Of a stretch of DNA of 64,000 bases, positions 11,625 to 24,339 are shown piece after piece. Source of the DNA: Lama guanicoe (lineage: Eukaryota). The stretch spans positions 558,001 to 622,000 of the forward strand of contig MU054323.1 of NCBI GenBank assembly GCA_013239625.1, read 5' to 3'. The first letter of the stretch is position 1; each line of letters opens with the position of its first letter. The position numbers were made by a program, and so were the translations under genes. Under the pieces are notes generated by a model. The model was not told where the DNA came from. It did no database searches and was given only the letters and a program-made list of their open reading frames with translations.

Positions 11625-11892
11625 AGCATCACAGGCTCTGACTTTTTAACGTGTGCCTGGCACAGTGCGGAGAAGGAGGAGGAAGTGAAACAGCTTCTGC
11701 CTCGCAAGAGCAAAACGAAAAAACAGGCAACAAGATGGACAGGCATATTGGAGGAAAAGCGACTGCCATTCAGAAACTTCTCACTCCATCTCGGCAAAAT
11801 ATCAGTGTTGCTCTGGGCGAGGAAAAGGCAATGGTGCCAAGTGGAAACACCACTCTTGCAAGCTTATCTCAGTTATTAGGGGGTATAAAGGA

Positions 11893-11917
11893 ACACACAC
11901 ACACACACACACACACA
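11893..11917 (+). repeat. (AC)12 microsatellite
   Basis: Read directly from the sequence. Confidence 0.98.
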
Positions 11918-13374
11918 ACTGTTTTCTCTTGCAAGATTAGCGATGCGTTTGCCCAAAGCCTGATTCTCCAACCATGTTCCTATGCTATGATCTCCGGCCA
12001 CACACAAGACTGTCATTGTATATTCATTCATTAGAGATAATGATTTTGAGTTTCTGTCCCCACTGACCTATGGACAGATGGCTAGCATGAATGCCACGTT
12101 TATCTGGACACCAGCTCAGCTCCGCAGACTTCCGACCGGGCTGATCACCCAGTGGCCACTGCCTTGCCCACCTCCTCTCTTCTCCTTTCCTCCTGGGGGG
12201 CTGCCGATGGGGTCCCCTGAGTGGTAAACTTCTGCAGAAATGGGCCTTTTGGTCATGACCAATTTTGCTTTCTTTTCATAACCACCTGATAAATGTCAGG
12301 CCTGCTTAGAGCTAATCGTTTCAGATTGGAATAAAAACAGTTTGAAGCTCTAGATTGTTAGAAGCATGATTCCCTTCTGAATGATAATCGCTCCCCCCAC
12401 CCGTCCATCTCTGTCTGTCTGAATACACAAGTGTTCAAACAAAGCAGAAAAAGTTAAACAGAAGCGTTGCATTTATGAATCGTACCTGCCAAACTTTTGG
12501 ATGCATTTAAAGATCCAATGGCAGCGAAGTAAAGAGGGATGGAATCTCGGCTGGAGTGATGATGGTGGACTCGCTTAGGGAAAAACAGGCAAGCCACTAA
12601 TTTGATCACATTAGACAGATTGTTTTCTGTGGCAATTACTCTCTTCTTACAAAAATTATTTCTCTTAGCAAAAAGACCTAATAGCGTAGTTTTAATGAAC
12701 TGTTTCCTGTATTGCCTTTAATAAGATATTTCAATGTACCAAACTTTTAGAATTAGATTTTGATAAATGAATAAAGTAGATCCATTTTGACATGACCACT
12801 GATTGCGAGGCCTCTTTCAAGGATAGTTGCACTTTGAACTTCTGACAATGGCTATTATTTCATTAATTCATTCAACAAACAGTTTCTACTTACAAGTTTC
12901 CAGAGCGAGATTTGACCTCTATATGTCAAGACAGGTTTCCCTCTTCTGGGGAAGACTGACTATCTCTCAAACTTTACCAGTAAGAAAAAAAGGGTAAGGT
13001 GAGTTCAGAAATCCCCAGGAGAGATTTTAGAATTCACTTCCTCCCATTAACATGCTGCCAGTAAGTATCTCCTCTACAACATTAGTGTTTTAAAACTAAG
13101 TCCTGAGTATGTTGAAAACCTTTCGCTGGAGGAAATCTCCTTCTGCTAGCCTACCTCCTGCTCCTTTTTTGTTACCTCAGAGACCCAAAATGTTTTCCCC
13201 CAGCTCGATTCCATATAAGAAAGCCCCCTAGAGCACAGTAAAGCTAGGGCTCCTTCCAGTCAAATGGCGCGCTCCGTTCAAGACCTTACATCATTGGTAT
13301 AATTTTTCTAAATTCCCAGGTGGACTACCTCCGCCTCTAACCCCCCAAATTATTTCCAAGCTTTATGACTCATC

Positions 13375-13550
13375 TCAAATATCCTTCTTTCTTATGGGTG
13401 AGTTGTATTCCATGACATATATACATGCTGGATCTTCTTTATCTATTTATTTGTTGGTGTGCATTTAGGGTGCTTCCGTGTCTTGGCAATCGTAAATAGT
13501 ATTCTTGTTAATAGCTGGGTGTTTGTATCTTTTGGAATTAATTCTTATTT
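13375..13550 (-). mobile_element. L1 fragment (end of ORF2)
   Basis: TTATGGGTGAGTTGTATTCCAT...CATTTAGGGTGCTTCCGTGTCTTGGCAATCGTAAATAGT, the antisense L1 ORF2 C-terminal motif. Confidence 0.8.
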
Positions 13551-13919
13551 TGTGGTTGGCTTTAGTCTTTTGATAACCATGTAAGTTTAAAAAGCTAAAG
13601 CTCTAAATGTTCTTAGAAACAATGAACAGTACATATGTGTAAATTCTTAAAAAAATGTGCAGTTAAAAAGAATGTTGTATTAGTAAAACAAAAAAAAAAA
13701 CTCATCTCAAGGACCATTTCCTCCATCCCCAGTCCCCTCCCATCTTCTCCTGGCACTGGATTCTTCCTTCCTCACTGGTCCTGCATCTGTCCCTCCTCTA
13801 TTCTTACAAACCCTTTCCTCCAGACAGCAAACTCACACTGTGTCTTTCTGTTATCTCGCTGCTCCTCCCTGCATATCCACATGGGATCAAGTTCATGGAC
13901 TGACCTGACTCTGTCTTCT

Positions 13920-14670
13920 GACTTTATTCTTTTTCAATTAATGTACGTAATTTTTTAAGAACAGTTTTAAATGTAGTTCCAGGTTTTTCTCACATACCCT
14001 GCACACAGTTTCTTCTCCCATTAACATCTTATATTAGTAGGGTATATTTGTTACAAGGAATGAACCAGTTTTGGTAGATGATTATTAACTAATGTCTGTA
14101 ATTTATTCCAACTTCCTTTGTAATTTATTCAGATTTCCTAATGACTTTTTCTGGCCAAGGATGCCATCCAGGATATCGCATTACACTTAGTTGTCACGTC
14201 TCCTTAGGCTCTTCTTGGCTCTGACAGTTTCCCAGACTTTCCTTGCTTTTGACAGTTTTGGAAACACTGGTCAGATGTTTTGTAGAAGCTCCCTGTAATG
14301 GGATTTGTTGGACGTTTTTTCTCATGATTGAACTAGTCATGGGCTATTGGGAGGAACACCGCAGAGAGCAAGTACCGTTTTCATCACCACGTCACATCAA
14401 GGGTTATGTGCTGTCAACATGACTTCACACCATTGATGCTGACTTTGATCACCTGGCTGAGCTAGTGTTTGATTTCTCAACTTTAAAGTTCCATTTTTCA
14501 CCATACCTCTTTCCATACTGTCCTCTTTGGAAAGAAGTCCCTGATGACAGCCCACACCTACGGAGCGGGGAGTTAACACCTCAACTCCTTGAGGGTAGCA
14601 TACATTGGTGATTTGCATAGATGATTTGCATCAATTGATTCTTCTACACAGATTTGTCTCTTCTCTTCCT
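13920..14670 (-). mobile_element. Old L1 3' UTR (L1MC/L1MD-type)
   Basis: CCATCCAGGATATCGCATTACACTTAGTTGTCACGTCTCCTTAGGCTC...ACTGGTCAGATGTTTTGTAGAA...TTGATCACCTGGCTGAG, characteristic of L1MC/MD 3' ends. Confidence 0.8.
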
Positions 14671-14859
14671 TGCTCTTGGCATTTTCCAGGATCATTCTCA
14701 GTTTGATATCCCCCAATTCAATCTAGATGCCCGGTTCGGTATCAGCAGCCGGCCCTCCCCGGACATCTCTGCCCTCCCCTTATGCACAGTCATTCAGCTC
14801 CACAACACCTCTCTCCTCTGCTTGCAGATAAGCCCCTCTGCGCGCTCTGCTGTTCCCAC

Positions 14860-15430
14860 CTTCCCTTGCTTATCTCCGCTCACTTCCCTACCCACGCGCT
14901 GTCCTTGATCCAGACGAAATGAATTATCGTTCCCCCCAGAGCTCCACACTCTTTCAAATCTATGTCTTTCCAAATACTATTCTTTCTGTCTGGAAAGCTC
15001 CCTTCCCTCCTTGCTCACCTTCTAAGATTTAAAGGCAGCCCAGCCTTCTCAATCTCCAGGACATCTCCCTGAACTAGTCAGAGTTAATCTCTCCTTTGTG
15101 CCATAAACCTTCTCGGTAGATTCCTCTAGCACTACACTTACCAACTGGTATTTTAATTACTTGCTCATATGTCTGCCTCCCTTTGGGATTCTGACTTATT
15201 CTTCTCTCTGCTACCAGTGTCTCGCACAGTATCTGACATTTAGCATCTGTGGAATGAATGACTGGCTGAATTATTATGTGACTTTTTACGCACATACCTA
15301 CAACTCTCCCACTAGCATGGTGAGCTCCAGGAGGGCAGGCAGCACAGCCCACTCTTCCTGGTAGCCCTGTACAGTGGCTAAGGGGTCACCTACACCTGGC
15401 AGGTCGTGAGCTATGTGTTGGTTGACTAAT
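14860..15430 (+). mobile_element. L2 3' end fragments (two)
   Basis: Pyrimidine-rich L2 tail ending CATCTGTGGAATGAATGA (~15260), then a second terminus GTGAGCTCCAGGAGGGCAGG...TGTGTTGGTTGA. Confidence 0.65.
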
Positions 15431-16089
15431 AGGTAGAAGTCCTGGGGGTGGGCTCCGCCTTGAAGGCAGGTATGTTCCACATACCCCAAGAGCTGCCGCT
15501 TATAAACAAGCCATTGAAGTAAGTGGCTGCTTCATCTGAAAGTTAGTTTTGGTTGCAGAAAAGTGCTGACCATCCTTTAATACTGAGATGGGAAAAGAGG
15601 CATCACAATCAAACGTAATTGGAAGATTACAGGGGCTCAAAATTACCCTATAGTGGAATATTCTCTTTCATGCTAGGCAGAGAAACCTGGTGATTGATAT
15701 TTTTTCTCCCATCTTTATGTGAGGAAGTCTCTTGCAAGTAATCAGATTTCATTGGCAAGATACAACTGCAGATTTTCCCATTAAACAAATACCTCAATGG
15801 ACATTCAAAAAGACCTTTGCAGTGGTGTCAGAAATAACAGAAAATCCTTGTTGGGATAACTTGGATTTGTATTCATCTGAATTTGCAAGACTGTCATGCT
15901 GAAATTCATTTACTTCTGGATTTTTTCTTCCTCCTGCTGCTTAGGTACAAGGCCTCCAGGTGTGTGGTCGTAAGTGGGCCAAAATATCCCATAATAGACC
16001 AATAGTCTTTCTAAAGGCGTGGTGAACTGAGAAATACACATTCCTGCATTCACCCAAGTGATCGTATAGTCTCTTAAAAATATTATATC

Positions 16090-16203
16090 CTCTACATTCT
16101 CATGTGGGGCTATAAATTACTACAGCTTTTGTGGAAAGCAATTTGACAATACATTTTAAATGAGTTCGAAACACTCATACCCAGTAATTTTATTTCAGGG
16201 AGC
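16090..16203 (+). mobile_element. Old L1 ORF2-end fragment
   Basis: GGGGCTATAAATTACTACAGCTTTTGTGGAAAGCAATTTGACAATA..ACCCAGTAATT. Confidence 0.6.
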
Positions 16204-17218
16204 ATATTGTTTATTTTTTTTTAAACTTGTCATTATGGGAAATTTCTAAGCACTACAAGAATAGAAGGAAATAGTGAACTCCCATGGACCCAGCCTCCAC
16301 TTTCAATAATTCTCAATTCATGGCCAACCTTGTTTTAACCATTCCTTGCAACCCCTCCCCCAATGGATTCTTTTGAAGCAAATCCAAGACATTATATGAT
16401 TCATATCATTTCTTCCATAAATATGTCAGTGTACATCTTTAAAAAAGATGGCATTTATAAAAGTAGTCACAAAACTATTTCCATACCTAAAAAAAAGTCA
16501 CAATTCCTTAATATCACCAGGAATTTTTGTCAGTGTTCAAAATTCTCTGGTTATCTCATAAATAGTCTTTATGTTATGTTTGTTCAGTGTAAATTCAAAC
16601 AAGATCTGCGCACTTCATTAGGTCAATAGGCCTCTTAAGTCCTTCAACTTTTTCATCCCCCCCCCTTTTGTTCTCCCTTGCAATCTCTCTGTTGAAGAGA
16701 CTAAGCGCTTTGTACTATAGTTTCCCACATTCTATATTTTGCTACTTTCTGTCTTTGTACTTTTGATGTGTTTCTCTGCCCCCCCGCCCTGTGTTACCTA
16801 GACACTAGCGGTTAGATCCGGGGATCTTAGCAAATCTAGGTTTGATTTTTCACGAAGGATAAACTCAAGAGCCATGTTGTATACTTCTGTTGTGTCTCCC
16901 TTTATGAGGTTAAAATGGAGCCGTGTAGTCAAGTGACTCAGTCACTACAAGGCCTACCAAGAGAGTGGTTTTAGCAGTCATTGATGGCCATTGCCTGGAT
17001 CCATGGCTTTATGAGGGGGTATGTAATGGTGATATTCCCACGTGTTATCCTTTCATAATTTATCTGTTGGACTATTTCTTTAAAAAGAAACTTTTCTTCG
17101 TCAGCTCTTTGGCTACTCCAAGGTACAGTTTGTAGAGAAAAGACAGGATAAATAGCTCATCCTTTACCCACCAGTTTACCTAATAATTAATTGGCTCCCT
17201 TGTACCTTATAATAAAGA

Positions 17219-17670
17219 ATGGTTACTAGAAAAATGAATTCCCAATGATGTCCGTATCTTAACTCCCAGAAACTGTGAACATGCTACCTTATGCGGCAGA
17301 AGGGACTTTGTGTATGTGATTAAGCTTAGGGATCTTGAGATGGGGAGATGATTCTAAAGTATCCTGCTGGACCCGATGTAATCACAAGCGATAGTATAAG
17401 AGGAAGGCAGGAAGGTCAGAGTCAGAGAAGATGTGATGGCAGAAACAGTGATTAGAGTGATGCAGGGACATGAGCCGATGAATGTGGTCAGGCTCTGGAA
17501 GCTGGAAAAGACAGGAAATAAATTTTCCCCTAGAGCTCCCAGAAGGAGCAGAGCACTGAAGACCCATTTTGGACTTCGAAACAGCAGAACTGCATGATAA
17601 TAAATTTGTGTGTCTTTAAAGCCACCAAGATTATGGTAATTTATTACGGCAGCAATAGGAAACTTACACA
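17219..17670 (+). mobile_element. MaLR solo LTR, MLT1C/D-like, nested in L1
   Basis: GCTACCTTATGCGGCAGAAGGGACTTTG..TGTGATTAAG..GAGATGGGGAGATGATTCT; AATAAATTTGTGTG; ends GCAGCAATAGGAAACTTACACA. Confidence 0.9.
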
Positions 17671-19617
17671 GTGACTCCATTTTTAATAGATTCGGTACGT
17701 TTCTATCCATATTATTTTTGATGCTCAAATTATTCCATTGGCTTCTGTGTCTTACAGACAAGACCACTGTGATAACTTTCTTCCTTTTTTGTATGATAAG
17801 GTATCCTGGGTTTATCTTGTGCATTTTCTGGTGTGAGCCATTTCTTCAAGGAATCCTGGTTCCCTTTATTGGGAAATGTTATTGAGAGACTGCAGTTTAA
17901 GTGGCAGGGATGATCCCTGCTATGGGGTCCGCCATTTTTTCCCAGACCTTTCCAGTGCATAGAGCTCAGAAATATATCATGAAATCACACTAGTCCTTCG
18001 GATTCAAATTTGGAATTACTGGATTGTTACTTCTTTGCTGTTATAGTGATCTCTTTCTCTCTTTTTTTAATGCTGAAAATCTTAACAAATGTATACAATT
18101 TCATTTTTAAATACTTCTTCTGTGACCCACTTGTCTCCTCTCTCTGTCTCTATGTATACACAATTTTTTCCAGTATATTATATATTTGGAATAGATTCCT
18201 GGAAGTAGGGTTACAGGGTCAAAGGGGACACACATACGTAATTTTGAAAGTTTGCCATATTGTTTTCCAGAGAGCTTCTACCATTTCCTTTCCCGCCTGC
18301 AACTTCTTGTTTCCTGCAGATTCAAAACCTTTTGAATTTTACAGTTGGTATCTCGATGTACTTTTAATTTACATTTGTCTAATACTAAGTAAGGATGAGC
18401 ATTTTTTCATATGCTGAAGGGCAATACACCTTCTGTTCTTTGTGCACTCTCTGTTCTTATCTCACCAATTTTTCTACTGTTTTATGTTTTCTTTCTTTCT
18501 TTGTAAAACCTTTTATTTAATGGGGATATCTGTGGTATAAGTTTCAAACAATTTTTTTCCAATTGGCATTTTGTCTTTTGACCTCTTATGTTGTGGTTTT
18601 TACCATGTAGTGAGGTGTTTTTGTGTTTTTTTTTAACATTTAAAAATGTTTGTATAGTCAGATGTACATATCTCATATTTCCTTTATTGCTTCCAGATTT
18701 GGGGAAATAGCTATTCCTAACTCTCAAGTTTTTTCCGCTCCCAAGTTATAGAGGAATTCATGTATATTTTTTGTACTATTTGTGTGTTTCCATTTTATTT
18801 ATGACTTAAAATTATAATTAATTTTAAATTTTTTACATTTAAATGCACCCTTGCTGTACAGTGTGAGAGGCAGGTCTTATTTTATCTGTGTCCATAGAGC
18901 TACTCACCTGAACAACACTTACAAAAGTCCATTTTTCCCCCATAGATTTAAAACACCACCTTTATGATGTATTACATTTCCACATGCAATGGGTCTACTT
19001 CTGGGCTTCTGTCCTGTTCCGTTGGACTGTCTATCTAGGCAAGTTTCATACTGCACTGGCTTTATTGTAGGGAGTCTAGCAGTATGCTTTTTCTAATGCT
19101 TGTCTTTTCCAGGGTTTCTTGTTGTTATTGCTTCTTTATCCTTTCAAATGAACTTTACAATCAACTTAGTTATGACCAGGGAAAAATACAGACCCCTCAT
19201 TATTTTTTGTTGAATCAAATCAAATTTAGAAATAACTTTCTTCTTCTTAAATATATGGCATATCTTTCACTTGTTTAACTTTTATGTCTTTCAGAAGGTT
19301 ATTCTCATAGATTTTTCATGCATCTGAAGTTTGTGCCTATATTAGGATATATAATTAGGATATATAATATATTATGTAATATATATTCTTTCATTTTAAA
19401 AAAGGAATTCTTTCTGATTGTGTCTTAACTAGCTTTTTCTTTTAATATATGAAGTAGTTAATTTTGATGTGTTGATTTATTTAATGTGTTGATTTATTAA
19501 TTATTGAGTTATCTTATGGTTCACAGTAGTTTTGAATTGATTCTTTGAGTTTTCAATGTAATTGATTAAATTTTGTTCATATTATCCAATTCTTAATCTC
19601 CAATTTCTCCTAATTTC

Positions 19618-19743
19618 TTTAAAATTTTGTTGAGGAAGAAGGTAATTAGGTTTATTTATTTATTTTTAATGGAGGCACTAGGGATTGAACCCAAGACTTC
19701 ATGCATGCTAGGCATGTGCTCTACCACTGAGCTATAGCCTCCC
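19618..19743 (-). mobile_element. tRNA-Ala-derived SINE (camelid vic-1-like)
   Basis: Reverse complement GGGAGGCTATAGCTCAGTGGTAGAGCACATGCCTAGCATGCATGAAGTCTTGGGTTCAATCCCTAGTGCCTCCATT..AAACCTAATTACC. Confidence 0.9.
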
Positions 19744-20248
19744 TCTAACCTCTGATTTCTTATACTGTCTGTTTACATTGGTTGACTACTCAAACAACTG
19801 TAAAAACTAGTGGAGAAGAGATATCATGTTGTGTTCCTGAGTTGAGGGAGAAAGCCTCTAGTATTTCTATATTTCCTCACTAAGTAAGATGTTGGCTTTT
19901 GGGTTGAGAGGTGTGTGTGTATGTAATCATAGTATAATTGTACTCAAAATTATATTTTATGTCTTATTTTATTGAATAATTTCCCCATAAATGAATTAAG
20001 AATTTGAGAAATATAAATGGAAGATAAGCATATTATTTTTTTTCTTAGCTATATTTACATCATGGTTTTCATTAATAGAGTTTTAAATATTGAGCCATCC
20101 TTGCATTCCTGGAATAAGTATCACTTTCTGTGTTTCATTTTTAAATTATTTGTCTGTGCTAGTGGATTCTGTTTGGTAATGTTTTGTTTGATATTCTCAG
20201 GTGAAATTTATCTCTTTTTTTGATGAAATTTTTGTGAGGTTTTGACAT

Positions 20249-20374
20249 TAACATGACACTATTTTAATAGAAAGAAATTAAAGAGTTTTCTAACATGACA
20301 CTATTTTAATAGAAAGAAATTAAAGAGTTTTCTAACATGACACTATTTTAATAGAAAGAAATTAAAGAGTTTTC
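20249..20374 (+). repeat. Perfect tandem repeat, 3 x 42 bp
   Basis: Unit TAACATGACACTATTTTAATAGAAAGAAATTAAAGAGTTTTC at 20249, 20291 and 20333. Confidence 0.98.
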
Positions 20375-20392
20375 TTTGATTTTCTGTACTGT

Positions 20393-21150
20393 GAAATCCT
20401 GCTAGTTTTATCTCTAAAATATATCTTGAATTTGTACACTTTTCTCAGTTTCTAGGGACACTGCTCCATCTTCAGGCCAATATCGTCTCTCACTTAAACT
20501 TTTGTTATGGCATCCTAATGGATTTACCTGCTTTAATTCTTGTATCCTTCTAATCCATTCTTCACTCAGCAACAACAATGCTTATGTCATTTGCCTGCTT
20601 AAAACCTTTTATAGAGCCCCCTCAGCAGCTAGGCTGATGGAAGTTGCCTTACCATGGCTTGCAGGAGAATGCATGATCTGACTCCTGTTTATATTCCCTT
20701 TTCTCATTACTTTCCACACATCTTGTCCCTTTTGTTTGCTTGCTTTTCCATTTCTAGGACACACCAAGATATTTGTGTCAGAGACATTGTTACTTTTCCT
20801 CTACCCAGAATGAGCTTTCTTCTCACTTGTCTTGCAATTAACTCATCCATCAAGATTCAGCCTAAATGCACTCACCTTCTCAAAGAGCCCTCCCTTAGGC
20901 ATTGATCTAAAGAAACTCCTCTTCCCTTATTCTTTGGCTGTTTTTGTTTTCCATGGTACAATTATGTTTGTGCATAGAGATGGACAAACTGGTATTAATT
21001 CTTTTTTGTTTGTGTTTTTGTTCTCTTTCTCTGTTACTAAAATGTTACTTCCATGAAGTCAGGCTCCAGATTTATCATAATTGATGTTGTATTCCAGAAA
21101 CTAATGCCATACCTGAAAGATAATTCATCCTCAATAATTATTTTATAAAA
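20393..21150 (+). mobile_element. L2 (L2a-like) 3' portion
   Basis: AAATCCTGCTAGTTTTATCTCTAAAATATATCTTGAAT...ATCCATTCTTCACTCAGCA..CCTGCTTAAAACC...CATCCATCAAGATTCAGCCTAAATG...CTCAATAATTATT. Confidence 0.75.
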
Positions 21151-22244
21151 AGTAAATTAGTATTTGCTGTTTTCAGGTGATGAGAAATTCTTTCAGCTCA
21201 GGGATTTGGGCCTGTGAATCTCTGTATCCACATTGTCTAGACAATAACAAGTGCTCAGTACATGCTAACTAGATAGAAGGCTCAATGGATGGAAGCATGT
21301 AATAGCTAACATAAGATATAGAGATAAATTAGTGGATGAGTAAGTGAGTTGATGAAGGCAAGTATCACACTATGTTTCCTTAGCTTATTTTATTTAAATT
21401 GGTCTTAACTCTGAATACTTGGCAGAATCACAGCAAGACTGTTGAAATCCTCTCTTGTTCATGAAACAGAAGCAGGAAGAAAGTGGGAGACTTGGAATGT
21501 TTGATTCTCACGGGTGCAAAATCCAACCATGTCTTCTCCCCGACTCCTTGGCCATTTTGAATCTTGCTCTCTTTGAGTCAGGGTCCTGGGAGCAGTGTAT
21601 GTGAGGTGGGGTGTGCCTTACTGAACTTGACAGTAGATAGTTTTTTGCTTTTTTTTTTTTTTTTAAGCTTAATATGGAAGCTTTACTCCAGTCCCCTTAC
21701 TGGGCTGTTGAGTGGTTGGGTTTGAAATAGCAAGAATGCTGTTTCATTGAAATTGATGCTCAAATTCTTATCTGCAATCTCAGCCCTTTTTTCTCTTCTG
21801 TCACCATTCATTTATTAAATCTATAAAGATATACACTCTGTTTTTCATAATACTATAGTGTCAATGAAGAGCAATTAGTTTTTTGACCATCTACATTGTG
21901 CTAAGTACTTTATAGGTATTATATATTAAAGAACAAAGAAATAAAACACACACACACAGATACACAACACTCATCTCTTCTAGAGTATTGGAGACCCTCC
22001 CTGCCTTCATGGTCAGTTATTTGCTCTGCTCACTTCCAGGAGCCAGCAAGTCAGCTCTACTGTCCTCAGAGCCCTCTCACCATTCCTCCAGGCTTCCCCC
22101 GTCCTTGGCCACAGCTACTTAATGTCCCTACCTGGAAAGATGAAAGACTTCAAATCACAAAAAAAGGGACAGGAAGCGGAGGTAGAAATGAGGATATTCT
22201 GGGTAAAGAACTGATTTGGGGACATGGAGAAGAGAAGAAGGAAG

Positions 22245-22470
22245 GAGCAAACTCATTAAGCACATCTTTGCTGTGAAGTGAGATCTTTGTGTAGGTCTCC
22301 TGGACATCAGTGATTAAAGATTTATTCTCAAAACAGGCAGTATAGCCTCTATTCTCAAATGAGAAAATGAAAGTCAAGACAGGTGTTTTGCCCAGTGGCT
22401 AAGTGGTAGGGTTAGCCTCTAGTTTAGGCCATGGATTTTAAATCCAAAATGCCTTTCTTTTCACCATGCA
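22245..22470 (-). mobile_element. MIR
   Basis: CTATTCTCAAATGAGAAAATGAA..TTTGCCCAGTGGCTAAGTGGTAG. Confidence 0.55.
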
Positions 22471-22944
22471 GCTTCCTACTCCGAAAGAATAATAAAGATA
22501 TAAGCATCTTCAGATCCGACCAGAAGCTCAGACTTAGAGGCAGTGCTCTGATCAGGAAGTGAGGAAAGGCTTTTAACCATTTAACCTTCTATGAGCGGAA
22601 AAGGAATTGCCATTAAAAGATATGCTAGAGTTAATATTGAAACATGGGGGTTATTGAGAATAAGTGAAGAAAAATTGGGAGATATTCACATCCTAGTGAT
22701 CTGATCTAGTGGTCTTTTTTGAGCTCTTAAAAAAATGCTCTCACCCTTCTTCTTCTTGCCTTTTTGAGGAGTACTGATCACCATGGGACTGAGAGGCCAT
22801 GCAGAGAAGGAAAATCAATGGCTCTTCTGACACAATGGAACTCTCAAGGCAGATGGTCACCAAATATCAGCAAGGAGAGGTCTCTGAGAATGGGCTGGTA
22901 CAGATTTCATGAGTGAAGAAGCTGAGATTCCAAACCACTGCTGG

Positions 22945-23630
22945 TCATTTATCCATCCACTCATTTATCTATCCATTTGTTTGCCATTCATTTATTTATT
23001 TTTTTAAAAATGACCAAGTGTCATCTACTGTCTTCCAGAGATGGTGTGAGGTGCTAAGAATATAGAATTGAATAAGAGTAAGACTGTTTTGGAGTCTGCA
23101 GTGAGTGACAAATAAAGAAATCAAATTGTCACAAAATGATGGAAGAGGTATTATAATAAAAGTTGTATTAATGGTTGTGAGAACACATTGGAAGGAACAA
23201 ATTTTTCAGTGGATAGTTTTGCAAATTTCCACAAAAGAGAGGATATTTGATTTTGGTGTTTAAGGATGAATAGGTGTTTGCCAGGAAGATACATTTGCAA
23301 AGTGTATGTGTGCCTGGCAGTGAGCAGTGAGAACAGCAGGTACAAAATCAACTATACTTTAATTTAAAAAAAAAGAATCAAAAATAGATATTTAATAAGA
23401 AAAAACGCAGAAGTATTAATGGACCTTAGTGGCTGTGGTGGGATCAAAGTTGTCTGTGTGTGGGTAAAGGGAGAGTGGGCCTTGAGTGGGGAGGGAAGAA
23501 GACTAGAACAGATCTTTGGAACGAGCTTATGAATGGCCATGGATGTCAGGCCCAAACATACACATGTCATCTGTAACAATGGGGAGCTACTAAAGTTCTG
23601 CTCAGACATTGATCTCTGTATTAGCATCAT
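22945..23630 (-). mobile_element. L2 3' portion
   Basis: CATTCATTTATT terminus, GTGCTAAGAATATAGAATTGAATAAGA, TTTAAGGATGAATAGG and CAATGGGGAGCTACTAAAG. Confidence 0.7.
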
Positions 23631-23944
23631 TTACTAAGCTCATCAGTTCTGATTAGAGTTCCTCTGGAATTTGTTCCTCACATCTGCTGACTAGTGTGAT
23701 TAAAACATGTTCGTGAAAAGAAAAGAAAGGAAAGAAAAAAGAGAGCAGGGACCATGTTTGGAAAGTATAAACCATTTATAACATCTTTCTAGTGAATAAG
23801 TTTATTAGAATGAATCATCCCATCTCAGTCCCATCATAACACCCTGATTAGTCTTAGGGACAACTAAACATAACATTCCTGTGATATAAACCAAAGGCCG
23901 ATTCCACTGTTGGGTTACACTGACTACATTTGGCCATTTGGGCT

Positions 23945-24170
23945 CCAATGACTCACTGAGCACATAAAATATGCTTTGCCTCTTATATTTATTATTATGT
24001 TGTAATCCTGATATGATCCTATGATACAGGTGTTTTTATCCCCATTATCCACGAGGAGAAATTAAAGTTCAGTGTCATAAAGTCAGGACATAAAGTTCAG
24101 TTCAGTGTTACACAGCTAAAAGATGTGGCCCTGAGATTTAAGTTCAGGGGTGTCTGGTTTCAGATCTAGT
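23945..24170 (-). mobile_element. MIR
   Basis: AATCCTGATATGATCCTATGATACAGG..TATCCCCATTATCCACGAGGAGAAATTAAAGTTCAG..ACACAGCT..GTGGC. Confidence 0.7.
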
Positions 24171-24339
24171 GTCATCAGGAGTGGAATAAAGAGGTGCTCT
24201 TATCCTCTTCTAATGAAAGGATTCACAATGATTTTAGACGATGTTGTCTAGATTCATAATTCCATTCAGTACATTTTATTGAGCACCTTCTATGAACCAG
24301 GAACTATTCTAAATCTGGAAAGATAAGTTAAATAAAATG

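Larger units (their letters stand above)
16205..20390 (-). mobile_element. Long degraded L1 (L1MC/ME-type 3' UTR plus ORF2), interrupted by an MLT1 LTR and a SINE
   Basis: T-rich strand with L1 antisense motifs TTTTGAAGCAAATCCAAGACAT, GAGCCATTTCTTCAAGGAATCCTGGTTCC, GATTCCTGGAAGTAGGGTTACAGGGTCAAAGGG and GAGCCATCCTTGCATTCCTGGAATAA. Confidence 0.8.

Noticed and set aside
6212..17670. Full MaLR element between the two same-strand MLT1 LTRs
   Set aside because: They are 10.5 kb apart with unrelated unique and repeat DNA between them, and the second is nested in an L1; they are independent solo LTRs.
20249..20374. CRISPR-like array
   Set aside because: The units are contiguous with no spacers, in eukaryotic L1 DNA; this is a simple tandem triplication.
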